A stretch of 64,000 nt of DNA from Candidatus Doudnabacteria bacterium RIFCSPHIGHO2_02_FULL_42_25 (GTDB lineage: Bacteria > Patescibacteriota > Doudnabacteria > UBA920 > O2-02-FULL-48-8), in NCBI GenBank assembly GCA_001777665.1, contig MFEQ01000004.1, forward strand, positions 64,679-128,678, written 5' to 3'. The position numbers and the translations under genes were made by a program. Shown here one piece after another: positions 47,397 through 56,706 of the stretch; the stretch's first letter is position 1; each line of letters begins with the position of its first letter. The notes beneath the pieces are model-generated. The model did not search any database, was not told the DNA's origin, and saw nothing but the letters and a program-made list of their open reading frames with translations.

Positions 47397-48512
47397 TTAC
47401 TGGCTGAATCTAAGGGCTTTTTGGCGAGCGATTATGCTCTGTACTAATCCTAAAGCAAAAAGACTAGTCAAAAGCGAACTGCCGCCATAACTCACAAACG
47501 GTAGTGGAATTCCTGTTACAGGCGCAAGTTTAATATTCATGCCGATGTTAATCACCATTTGGGATAAAAACATTATCAACACACCGAGTGACAAATACAT
47601 GCCGAAGTTATCCCGGGCATGTTTCGTCGCTTGAACCAATCGATAAAAAATAACACCAAACATTCCCAAGACAAACATACTGCCCAAAAATCCCAGTTCT
47701 TCAGCTATCGCGGCAAAAATAAAATCAGTTTGCCGAGCTGGTAAAAAATTTAGTTGCGATTGATATCCTCTGCCTACGCCCCGTCCCGTTATTTCTCCAG
47801 AACCGACGGCAATTTCTGACTGAATAACATTGTAACCCGTCCCCAGCGGATCGCTTTCTGGATTGAAGAAAGTATGAATTCGATCCTTCTGATAATCTTG
47901 AAGGACAAAAAACCAGCTTAATGAGGCTGCGACCAAAAATGCTGCAAATAAAATCATCAGGTGACGTTTGTTAACATTACTGGCGAGGAGCATTCCCAGC
48001 CAAATGAGAAAGATAACAATCGAAGAGCCCAAGTCTGGTTCTATAAAAATTAGCACTGCTGGAATACCTGCGTAAATCGCAAACATTGCGACATAACGGA
48101 AATCTTTTATTCGCTCAAGGTTTCGATCCAAAAACTTCGCCATGACGATGACCATCCCTAGTTTCGCGAATTCGCTCGGTTGGATCAAAAAAAATCCAAC
48201 GTCAAACCAACGAGTCGAGCCCTGAATGGTTTCCCCAAATAGCCAAACTGATATCAAACTTAGCACAACTCCTAAGTAAACAACCCAGCTGGCGTTTTTC
48301 AGTTTACGATAATCAAAAAACGCCAGAGCAAAAAGACCGACATAACCAGCAATTGCAAATGCTAATTGTCTCCACATGAGATTAGAGGCATCTTCCAGAG
48401 TTGTCGAATAAATCATAAGCAAACCCAAAACAAGCAGCAAAGTGCTGCTTGTGGCGATATATACATCGAAGTAACGAAAATTATTTAACCAATTACGCAT
48501 GAGTTTACTCAT
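47397..48512 (-). CDS. rodA: SEDS peptidoglycan polymerase RodA
   Basis: QPSEFAK, EPDLG, YQKDRI, TGIPLPFVSYGGS; start 48512 or 48500. Confidence 0.92.
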   Translation of the reverse strand: MSKLMRNWLNNFRYFDVYIATSSTLLLVLGLLMIYSTTLEDASNLMWRQLAFAIAGYVGLFALAFFDYRKLKNASWVVYLGVVLSLISVWLFGETIQGSTRWFDVGFFLIQPSEFAKLGMVIVMAKFLDRNLERIKDFRYVAMFAIYAGIPAVLIFIEPDLGSSIVIFLIWLGMLLASNVNKRHLMILFAAFLVAASLSWFFVLQDYQKDRIHTFFNPESDPLGTGYNVIQSEIAVGSGEITGRGVGRGYQSQLNFLPARQTDFIFAAIAEELGFLGSMFVLGMFGVIFYRLVQATKHARDNFGMYLSLGVLIMFLSQMVINIGMNIKLAPVTGIPLPFVSYGGSSLLTSLFALGLVQSIIARQKALRFSQ

Positions 48513-49329
48513 CTCGTCCATCTATGGGCGACGATTCCGGCGGCAAGCCAAAAATTTCTCGATCAAAAACATTAACTTCATAGGAAATTTCTGCTCTGAC
48601 TACACCCTGCAGCCTGGATGGCCAAGAATATTGAAAAGTTCTGGTCTCGTTCGATACAAGGTCGTTAATAATGGTCGAACCCACACCCAGCACCTGATTA
48701 TTATTACCGTAGAGAATAACAGGTAGGTCTACTCGCTTTAACGTATAAGGACTATTGTTTTTTACTCCAGCGTAGACAATCGTCCCACTTGCGGGATGCG
48801 TAATTTCAGTTCGTTGGATATCTAGGTCGACATTAATTTCAGGGGCATGAGAAAACTTCGTTTCACCTAGTCGAAATACAATTTCTTGCGGTGTTTGTTC
48901 ATGCGTGAAGCGAGAGAACACAATTATTTTATCCGAGCTGGGAAGAATAAAAGTCGACCCGTCAACTCTGGTCAAAACAGTGCCTCCGACAGTTTTAAAT
49001 TCTGCCGTGTATTCTTGGCGCCTGACCCCCCATTCGTATTCTATATTCCTTATCTTAACATACCCTGCATAAGTATTCGGCGCAAGTGTAAAAATTTTTG
49101 ATTCTAAAACTTCCAGCGGCTGCTTATCCTCATCGCTGTAAATTACCTGTGGCTCACGATGGGTCTGCATCATGATCGATATAAACCCAAATTTCAATAA
49201 ATAGTAAGCGGGAACCATGGCAACTATTGTTATCCCCAAGGCATACCAAACTTTCGTACCAACTGCTTGGGTTTTCTCTTGAGCCATGAGAACTACTTCC
49301 TGAATTCGTTCGTTATCATTTAAAGCCAT
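48505..49329 (-). CDS. Single-TM protein with Ig-like (FxLYD-like) domains
   Basis: GVKNNS...VILYG....LG...L...ETR.F pattern. Confidence 0.65.
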   Translation of the reverse strand: MALNDNERIQEVVLMAQEKTQAVGTKVWYALGITIVAMVPAYYLLKFGFISIMMQTHREPQVIYSDEDKQPLEVLESKIFTLAPNTYAGYVKIRNIEYEWGVRRQEYTAEFKTVGGTVLTRVDGSTFILPSSDKIIVFSRFTHEQTPQEIVFRLGETKFSHAPEINVDLDIQRTEITHPASGTIVYAGVKNNSPYTLKRVDLPVILYGNNNQVLGVGSTIINDLVSNETRTFQYSWPSRLQGVVRAEISYEVNVFDREIFGLPPESSPIDGRDE

Positions 49330-49383
49330 TTGATTTGAGTTTTTCTATTAAGCAAATTATATCATTTTTCATACCCATAGTCA

Positions 49384-49452
49384 CCCATCCCAGACGCCAC
49401 GAAGGGCGATCCGGGATCCACTTTATTGGACCCCGGATCAAGTCCGGGGTGG
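49384..49452. repeat. Palindromic element CCATCCC...GATCCGGGATCC...GGACCCCGGATCAAGTCCGGGGTGG
   Basis: Related copies at 56237-56367 and a half copy at 62169-62194. Confidence 0.75.
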
Positions 49453-49484
49453 TTTTTGCTCTCTGGCTTGGCTATAATGCAAAC

Positions 49485-52400
49485 ATGGCTAAAAAGTTTA
49501 CGCATTTACATGTTCATTCGCATTATTCCCTACTCGATGGCCTTTCAAAAATCGATGCGCTAGTTAATCGCGCGAAAGAACTGGGTATGGAAGCCCTGTC
49601 TCTGACTGATCATGGTGTCATGTATGGCATAATTGAATTTTATAATGCCTGCCTGGATGCTGGAATTAAACCGATAGTCGGAATCGAAGCCTATATCGCC
49701 CCTAGAACGCTCCAGGACAAAGAAGGTAAAATCGATTCTGATTATTTTCATTTAACTCTGCTGGCCAAAAATGATGCGGGCTATAAAAATTTGCTGAAAC
49801 TGACAACTATCGCTCACATTGACGGTTTTTACTACAAACCGCGGATTGATTTGGAAACTTTAAAGCAGCATTCGGAAGGTTTGATTTGTCTTTCCGGTTG
49901 TATGCGGGGAGAACTTTCCCGAGCTGTCATGAACAAATCCGAGACAGAAATTCAATCTGTTTTAAAAAAACATTTAGATATTTTTGGCCCGGATAATTAT
50001 TACATCGAGATTCAGCGAAATGGTAAAGGCTCAAACACCCAAGACGAGCGAGACAAAGAAAAACAAACGCAGAAACTGATCACTCTTGCGAAAAAAGAAA
50101 ATTTAAAACTAGTGGCGACAGCGGATTGTCATTATTTATACCCGGAAGATAGTGAAGCCCAGGATGTCTTGATTTGTATTGGAACCGGCAAAACCATCAA
50201 TGATCCAGATCGGCTGGACATGCGGGGCTGGGATCTGTCATTAAAATCTGAAGAAGAAATGCTAGAGCATTTCCAGGATATTCCCGAAGCTGTTTTGAAT
50301 ACTGTGGAAGTCGCTGAAAAATGTGATTTAAAACTCCTTCTCAATCAGCGATACTTTCCACAAGTCGAACTTCCGGCTGGCAAAACCTCTGCCGAACATT
50401 TACGAGACCTGACTTATGCGAAAGCAATTCCTTTCTATAGTAAAGATGGAGTCATTCCTGAAGAAATTCAAAAACGCATCGACTACGAACTCGATATTAT
50501 TATCAAAAAAGGTTTTGATACTTATTTTTTGATGGTAGCTGATGTCGTCGAAGGCGCTCATAAAATTGGGGCGATTACAAATACCAGGGGGAGTGCTGCT
50601 GGTAGTATTGTCGGTCGTATTTTAGGAATTACTAATGTCGACCCTTTATATTATGAACTGCCTTTTGAGCGATTTTTAACGGAACACAGACCGACTCCTC
50701 CTGATATTGATTTGGATATTGCTGACAATCATCGCGATGAGGCTATTGAATACATCACGAAAAGATACGGCCAAGATAAAGTTGCCCAAATCATTACGTT
50801 TGGAACGATGATGGCCAGGGCTGCTATCCGCGATGTCGGTCGTGCTCTAGGTGTTCCATACAGTAAATGTGATCAGATCGCCAAAATGATTCCTTTCGGG
50901 AAACAAGGATTCCACATGACGCTAGACAAAGCCGTGGATATTAACCCTGATTTGAAAGCAGCCTACGATAAAGACCCAGAAACGAAAAGAATTTTAGACA
51001 TTGCCAAAAGATTAGAAGGATGCGCCAGACACGCATCAGTCCATGCTGCGGGAATTGTTATCACACCTACGGCTTTGACTGACTATATTCCTCTACAATT
51101 TGAACCCGATGGCAATCGTACTATTACTCAATACGACATGTACGCTTTGGATTTGAATGCCAATGCCAAAGCAATTGGTGTGGTCAAATTGGATCTTTTG
51201 GGAATTCGCAACCTTTCTATTTTGGAAGCTGCGGTGCGGATAGCGCAGAAGCGCCATGATGTCACGATAGATATTTATAATCTCCCCCACCCGGATAAAA
51301 AAACTTTTAAACTACTTTCTGAAGGTCATACTTTTGGCGTGTTCCAAATGGGATCATCAGGCATGACTCGTTATCTGATGGAACTCCGGCCGAACAGTAT
51401 TTTCGATATCATGGCCATGATTGCCCTTTATCGACCAGGGCCGATGCAATTTATCCCCGACTATATCAAACGCAAACATAATCCACGACTGGTCAGTTAC
51501 ATGGATCCAGCACTCGAGAAAATTTTACATCGAACTTACGGAATTTTGGTTTATCAGGACGATCTCCTGACGATTGCTCATGATTTGGCCGGCTATTCGT
51601 GGGAAGAAGTTGATAAATTCCGTAAAGCTGTCGGTAAAAAAATTCCCGCCGAAATGGCCAAGCAAAAAGAAAAATTTATCAACGGTTGTATGCAAACTGT
51701 GAATTGGAGCAAAGATAAAGCTGCTGAAATTTGGGCTTGGATTGAGCCCTTCGCTGCATATGGTTTCAATAAATCACACTCCGCTTCCTACTGTGTCGTC
51801 AGTTATCAAACCGCTTACATGAAAGCCAACTATACTGTGGAATTTATGGCTGCTCTCATGACCGCTGAATCCGGCGATCTTCCCACAATATCCGAAGCTG
51901 TGGAAGAATGTAAAAAATTAAATATTGAAGTACTTCCTCCTGATGTCAATGAAAGTTTGGCCAATTTTACTGTAGTAGATGAGAGTCACATTCGGTTCGG
52001 ATTGTCTGCAATTAAAAATTTGGGTTCTGATGTGGTTGGGATTATTATTGAACAACGGAAACAATCTGGAAAATTCACCTCGATTGAAGACTTCGTCAAA
52101 AGAATTCAGACCCGCAATTTCAACAAAAAATCCTGGGAAGCCTTGGCCAAATCAGGAGCCTTGGATTCATTGGGCGAACGCAATCAATTATTAGCCAATA
52201 CTGAAGTTCTCCTAGAATTTGCCCGAAGCTTTGGGAAAACCGAAAACCAAGCATCTTTGTTCGGGGCTGAACTCATGCCTGCATCTGCACTCAAGCTTCG
52301 CGAAGTGGAAGCCGCGACCAAAAAAGAAATGCTTGGCTGGGAAAAAGAATTACTCGGCCTCTATGTCAGCGCTCACCCGATGGAAGAATATGTAGAACAA

Positions 52401-52916
52401 CTGAAAAAAATCGCCAAACCGATCAAAGAAGTGATAGAAAATAAAATCGCGAATACTACTATCGGTGGCATCGTAACTAGAGTTCAGAAAATCTTGACCA
52501 GAAAAGGCGAACAGATGGCATTCATCGATTTGGAAGATTTGGGAGGCCTCATCGAACTCGTTGTCTTCCCCGGGATCTATAACAAACACAATGACCTTTT
52601 AGTCGAAGGTAAAATTGTGCTGGCCACTGGAAAACTTTCTGACAAAGATGGAGAGCCTAAATTCCTAGTGGATGATATGCGAGAATTTGGACAGCAATCA
52701 ATTCCACAAGAACCACAGTCTGTGACTATCAAAATCCCAGAAGCTGCGACTGATGAATTATTTGCCCAACTAAAAACACTTTTTGAATCTGCTCCAGGTG
52801 ACATGAGCGTAAATCTCATGATCCGAGAGCAAAAAGTCAAAACACCTTTTCGAATCAACCTTGACGATGAGCTTAAGGTTAAAATCAAGGCACTGCTCGG
52901 GAACAATTTGCAATAA
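49485..52916 (+). CDS. dnaE: DNA polymerase III alpha subunit
   Basis: HLHVHSHYSLLDG, RGSAAGS, PDIDLD, YGFNKSH; ATG 6 nt after TATAAT. Confidence 0.97.
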   Translation: MAKKFTHLHVHSHYSLLDGLSKIDALVNRAKELGMEALSLTDHGVMYGIIEFYNACLDAGIKPIVGIEAYIAPRTLQDKEGKIDSDYFHLTLLAKNDAGYKNLLKLTTIAHIDGFYYKPRIDLETLKQHSEGLICLSGCMRGELSRAVMNKSETEIQSVLKKHLDIFGPDNYYIEIQRNGKGSNTQDERDKEKQTQKLITLAKKENLKLVATADCHYLYPEDSEAQDVLICIGTGKTINDPDRLDMRGWDLSLKSEEEMLEHFQDIPEAVLNTVEVAEKCDLKLLLNQRYFPQVELPAGKTSAEHLRDLTYAKAIPFYSKDGVIPEEIQKRIDYELDIIIKKGFDTYFLMVADVVEGAHKIGAITNTRGSAAGSIVGRILGITNVDPLYYELPFERFLTEHRPTPPDIDLDIADNHRDEAIEYITKRYGQDKVAQIITFGTMMARAAIRDVGRALGVPYSKCDQIAKMIPFGKQGFHMTLDKAVDINPDLKAAYDKDPETKRILDIAKRLEGCARHASVHAAGIVITPTALTDYIPLQFEPDGNRTITQYDMYALDLNANAKAIGVVKLDLLGIRNLSILEAAVRIAQKRHDVTIDIYNLPHPDKKTFKLLSEGHTFGVFQMGSSGMTRYLMELRPNSIFDIMAMIALYRPGPMQFIPDYIKRKHNPRLVSYMDPALEKILHRTYGILVYQDDLLTIAHDLAGYSWEEVDKFRKAVGKKIPAEMAKQKEKFINGCMQTVNWSKDKAAEIWAWIEPFAAYGFNKSHSASYCVVSYQTAYMKANYTVEFMAALMTAESGDLPTISEAVEECKKLNIEVLPPDVNESLANFTVVDESHIRFGLSAIKNLGSDVVGIIIEQRKQSGKFTSIEDFVKRIQTRNFNKKSWEALAKSGALDSLGERNQLLANTEVLLEFARSFGKTENQASLFGAELMPASALKLREVEAATKKEMLGWEKELLGLYVSAHPMEEYVEQLKKIAKPIKEVIENKIANTTIGGIVTRVQKILTRKGEQMAFIDLEDLGGLIELVVFPGIYNKHNDLLVEGKIVLATGKLSDKDGEPKFLVDDMREFGQQSIPQEPQSVTIKIPEAATDELFAQLKTLFESAPGDMSVNLMIREQKVKTPFRINLDDELKVKIKALLGNNLQ

Positions 52917-52936
52917 CCAATCTGAAGTCCTATAAT
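52908..52936 (+). promoter_or_regulatory. Sigma70 promoter of thrS
   Basis: TTGCAA-17-TATAAT. Confidence 0.8.
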
Positions 52937-52951
52937 AATCTTAAGTTTTTG

Positions 52952-53110
52952 AAAGCGATGCTTGTCCGCCGTAGCCTTGGCGGAGGCGGAAAACGGCTAC
53001 CAACCGTGGAGCTTTCTCGAGAACTTGCCTCGTTATGCAAGAAATGAAGATAAAGTTTTGGGTGGAAACGTCCTCCTGGACCCCAAGCATCAGTGCTTGG
53101 ATTTTTTATT
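52952..53110 (+). ncRNA. Thr T-box riboswitch (transcriptional, short Stem I)
   Basis: ACC specifier at 52999-53001; antiterminator TTGGG-TGGAAAC-GTCC/GGAC-CCCAA; terminator CCAAGCA/TGCTTGG plus T-run. Confidence 0.78.
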
Positions 53111-53123
53111 AACCTATATAACT

Positions 53124-54356
53124 ATGAGCGAACAAGAACACGATCACAAAATTTTAGGACCGAAACTCGACCTGTTTACCTTTTCAGATGCAGTAGGCAA
53201 AGGGTTGCCGCTGTTTACAGCCAAAGGTGCCACAGTTCGACGGGAATTGGAACGCTTTATAGTCGATGAAGAAATCAAACGCGGCTACCAACACGTTATA
53301 ACTCCCGACATCGCAAAGCTGGATCTCTACCGTAAATCCGGACATTATCCGCATTACAAAGATTCCATGTACGCCCCGATCAAAGTCGAAGATGAAGAGT
53401 TTATGCTACGCCCTATGACCTGTCCTCACCACTTTGAACTTTATCTTCGCAAACCGGTAAGCTACCGAGAGCTTCCTATGAGGATCGCGGAGGTGGCAAA
53501 ACTTTATCGCTTTGAGCAATCTGGTGAGCTTATGGGTTTGCAGCGCGTTCGTAGTTTTTGTTTGTCTGATGCACATATTATTTGCGCGAGCGAAGAACAA
53601 GCTACTGATGAAGCTTCTCAAGCTCTAGATTTGATTGAATACGTAACGGGAGTGCTTGGTTTAACTCATGGGAAAGACTATTGGTACAGACTTTCTCTGG
53701 GTGATCGAAGTAACAAAGAAAAATATTATAAAAATGACGCGGCTTGGGAAAAGGGTGAGGAGTTGCTTCGACAAATGCTTCAAAAACGAGGTCAAAAATT
53801 TGATGAAGCTAAAGACGAGGCGGCTTTCTACGGTCCGAAAATCGATGTCCAGATGAGAAACGCAAATGGTAAAGAAGATACCGCTTTTACAGTCCAGTAC
53901 GACTTCTGCATGCCTGATCGATTTGATCTAACTTACGTAGGTCCAGACGGCGAATCGAAACGAGCATTTGTAGTTCACCGCTCCTCCATTGGCGCGATTG
54001 AACGAATCATGGCATTTTTGATTGAACGGTATGCCGGCGCTTTTCCGGTTTGGCTGTCCCCTATACAAGCCAAAATCCTGCCGATCTCGGATAAGCTAAA
54101 TAAATATGCTCAAGAGTTAACTCTAGAGTTAAAAAAACATGATATCCGGGTAGAACTTGATGATCGATCAGAATCAGTGGGCAAAAAAATCCGTGACGCG
54201 GAAATGGAAAAAGTTCCTTATATGCTAATCATCGGTGAAAAAGAAGCTAAAGCAAAAACTGTTTCTATCCGTGGCCGCAATCAAAGGGATCTGGGAACTA
54301 TGAAACTCGAGAACTTTATCAAAAAGATTTCAGACGAGATCGCAAACCGAGCATAA
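53124..54356 (+). CDS. thrS: Threonine--tRNA ligase lacking the N-terminal TGS/editing domains
   Basis: Begins at HDHKILG; LRPMTCPHH, FYGPKID, HRSSIGAIER; 410 aa. Confidence 0.95.
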   Translation: MSEQEHDHKILGPKLDLFTFSDAVGKGLPLFTAKGATVRRELERFIVDEEIKRGYQHVITPDIAKLDLYRKSGHYPHYKDSMYAPIKVEDEEFMLRPMTCPHHFELYLRKPVSYRELPMRIAEVAKLYRFEQSGELMGLQRVRSFCLSDAHIICASEEQATDEASQALDLIEYVTGVLGLTHGKDYWYRLSLGDRSNKEKYYKNDAAWEKGEELLRQMLQKRGQKFDEAKDEAAFYGPKIDVQMRNANGKEDTAFTVQYDFCMPDRFDLTYVGPDGESKRAFVVHRSSIGAIERIMAFLIERYAGAFPVWLSPIQAKILPISDKLNKYAQELTLELKKHDIRVELDDRSESVGKKIRDAEMEKVPYMLIIGEKEAKAKTVSIRGRNQRDLGTMKLENFIKKISDEIANRA

Positions 54357-54480
54357 ATCCAGCACCAGTTTTGACTGGTGTAGGTATGTGGAAAATTTTT
54401 AATAATTAAAAAGACGAAGTATTATCTCTATCCTAACAAAAAAACTGGTGCTGGATAAAAAAAGCGCCTTCCCTAAGGGG

Positions 54481-54936
54481 TCAGCGCGGCTTGGTCGCGA
54501 TCAACTTCGCAGGATCATGCATGCGAGTGAACGTTCCAACGAACAGTTCAGAAAGCGGTTTCCCTCTATCTACTCGTTGCATTTCTTCTTCTAGTCTTTC
54601 GTAGCCCTCCTTCATGATTGCCTCGTGAGCTGCACTGTCCTCACCATTGTGACTCTGGGCTTTCTCGATCTCTCGTTTGATCTCAAAAACAAGCTCTTGT
54701 CTCCGCACATCCATTGTCTGAATAACACGACCACCGCCCAGCTTAACTTTCGCTAACGCTAGGTAGACGGCACGAATATGCTGACCCATTGGATCAGTAG
54801 ATCTCGGGTCAAAGCGCGGTACCTGGATCAGGCCCGATAACCCGTCACTCATTTCCTGCGACGCCAAGTACCAGCCGTTGCCCTCCGCTTGTTCATACGT
54901 TAACTTGATGATCTTACGGTCACTGCTGTTAACCAA
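54481..54936 (-). CDS. GC-rich hypothetical protein
   Basis: SD GAGGTG before TTG; 151 aa. Confidence 0.6.
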   Translation of the reverse strand: MVNSSDRKIIKLTYEQAEGNGWYLASQEMSDGLSGLIQVPRFDPRSTDPMGQHIRAVYLALAKVKLGGGRVIQTMDVRRQELVFEIKREIEKAQSHNGEDSAAHEAIMKEGYERLEEEMQRVDRGKPLSELFVGTFTRMHDPAKLIATKPR

Positions 54937-55136
54937 GGGTTCACCTCAATTCAATCATAACAAATTAAATCCTGTGGATAACACAACGATGCCAAAAATT
55001 GAAAATAACCTCAAAGCAGAGCGCCGAGAAGTCAAAAAACGCCCCCGAATGAAAGTCCACGGAGCCTCTTTGAAACGGCCATCTAAATTTGCGGGTCTAA
55101 AAATTGTAAAGAAGAAAAGTTAACTTGATGTTGCCA

Positions 55137-55255
55137 GCAGTTGTTCCTCCCCTTAATATAAGGGGAGCTAGGAGGGGTTATCCTTAAGCGTTAAGCTGCT
55201 GTTTAACTCTTGGAATCAACTCCCCCTAACCCCCTCTTATTCTAAGAGGGGGAAT
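55137..55255. mobile_element. Empty copy of the DUF559-type inverted-repeat element
   Basis: Inverted near-copy of 4297-4422, including the internal TTAAGCTGCTGTTTAA. Confidence 0.8.
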
Positions 55256-55268
55256 TTACAGCAAACTT

Positions 55269-56201
55269 ATGTCTAACAAACTAATAGTAATTTTAGGCCC
55301 TACCACCTCGGGGAAATCATCACTCGCTATCAATCTCGCCCAAAAATTCAATGGCGAGATTATTTCTGCTGACTCCAGGCAAGTCTACAAAGGCATGGAT
55401 ATCGGCACTGGTAAAGTTACTAAAGCAGAACAAAAACTAATCAAACATTATCTTCTCGACGTCTCCTCCCCAAAAAAGCAATTCACTGTTTCGGATTTTA
55501 AGCGTCTTCTAATTTCAGCGATCGCTCAAATTAGAGGAAAAGACAAATTGCCTTTCTTAGTTGGTGGCTCGCCTTTTTATATTTATGCGGCCATAGATAA
55601 TCTACAAATTCCAGAAGTCACACCCAATCAAAAACTACGTAATCAACTACGTAGAAAAACTACTACCCAACTTTTTGCCATGCTTAAAAAACTTGACCCA
55701 GTTCGAGCAAAAAATATTGATAAAAATAATCCTCGGAGATTGATAAGAGCTATTGAAATAGTAAAAGCGACGGGAAAGCCGGTACCACCCCCACCTAACC
55801 TCCCCCTGGCAGGGGGAGGTGCCTTGATCATTGGGATCAAGAAGTCTCGTAAACAGCTCTACAAGCTTATCGATCAACGACTTGAGCAAAGACTCAATCA
55901 AGGAATGGTTAATGAAGTCAAAAAACTTCTGAAACAAAAAATCAGCCACAAACGGCTGCAAGAAATGGGATTAGAGTATCGCTTTATTTCTCTTTATCTG
56001 CAAGATCATCTCACCTATGAGCAAATGGTTGAACAATTGAAAAGCGCTATTCACAAATTCAGCAAACGCCAAATGACTTGGTTCCAAACCGACAAACGTA
56101 TCAAATGGATCTCTTCAGAAAAACAAGCAGAACGACTAATTAAGGACTATATAAAACCATCTCGACCCCGGACTACGATCCGGGGGAGAGATCCCTCCTG
56201 A
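55269..56201 (+). CDS. miaA: tRNA dimethylallyltransferase
   Basis: GPTTSGKS, ISADSRQVYKGMDIGTGK, KRQMTWF. Confidence 0.96.
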   Translation: MSNKLIVILGPTTSGKSSLAINLAQKFNGEIISADSRQVYKGMDIGTGKVTKAEQKLIKHYLLDVSSPKKQFTVSDFKRLLISAIAQIRGKDKLPFLVGGSPFYIYAAIDNLQIPEVTPNQKLRNQLRRKTTTQLFAMLKKLDPVRAKNIDKNNPRRLIRAIEIVKATGKPVPPPPNLPLAGGGALIIGIKKSRKQLYKLIDQRLEQRLNQGMVNEVKKLLKQKISHKRLQEMGLEYRFISLYLQDHLTYEQMVEQLKSAIHKFSKRQMTWFQTDKRIKWISSEKQAERLIKDYIKPSRPRTTIRGRDPS

Positions 56202-56352
56202 GAGCGATTTCTCACTAATCGTTCGAAATGGGTAATCCCATCCCGGACGCTACAAGCGAAGCGCGGGCGATCCGGGATCCACTACACTAATTAATATCAA
56301 ATGATTCTTATTTGAAATGGACCCCGGATCGGCTTGATCGCCGGAGAGACGA

Positions 56353-56706
56353 TCAAGTCCGGGGTGGATTATTTACAAAAATTCTTTCTACTGCTTTTGC
56401 TGAAATGAATCCAAGTATAATAAATAGCACTAAATCTAACCCTAGCGCTAAATAATTTTTTCTAATTATAGTGTCTTCACAATATGTTTTTTTAGTCACG
56501 TAAGATCCATTGGAAAACTCGAACGGCCAACCTATGGGACGTTGTAATCCAACGCCTACAGGATTACAGAGGGTGTACAGGTCACTCTTTCTTATCTGTC
56601 TTTCATTTTGCCCTAACGCTATCTGATAAGATTTGTCTCCGAATCGCATAGATAGAAATCCGAACAATAAAAGAGATAAAATTATACAAATAATCTTTAT
56701 TATCAT
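56353..56706 (-). CDS. 2-TM protein with GWPF motif
   Basis: C...GWPF...C between two TM segments. Confidence 0.6.
   Translation of the reverse strand: MIIKIICIILSLLLFGFLSMRFGDKSYQIALGQNERQIRKSDLYTLCNPVGVGLQRPIGWPFEFSNGSYVTKKTYCEDTIIRKNYLALGLDLVLFIILGFISAKAVERIFVNNPPRT

Noticed and set aside
49335-49484. N-terminal extension of DnaE
   Set aside because: It runs through a palindromic repeat and the promoter
49485-52916. Intein or intron in dnaE
   Set aside because: Normal length of about 1140 aa and no splice-junction motifs seen
52962-53123. N-terminal extension of ThrS in the ORF track
   Set aside because: It is the T-box leader; homology begins at ATG 53124
54878-55123. Basic plus-strand ORF
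   Set aside because: Partly antisense to a better ORF and no recognisable homology; a shorter version from ATG 54989 cannot be excluded
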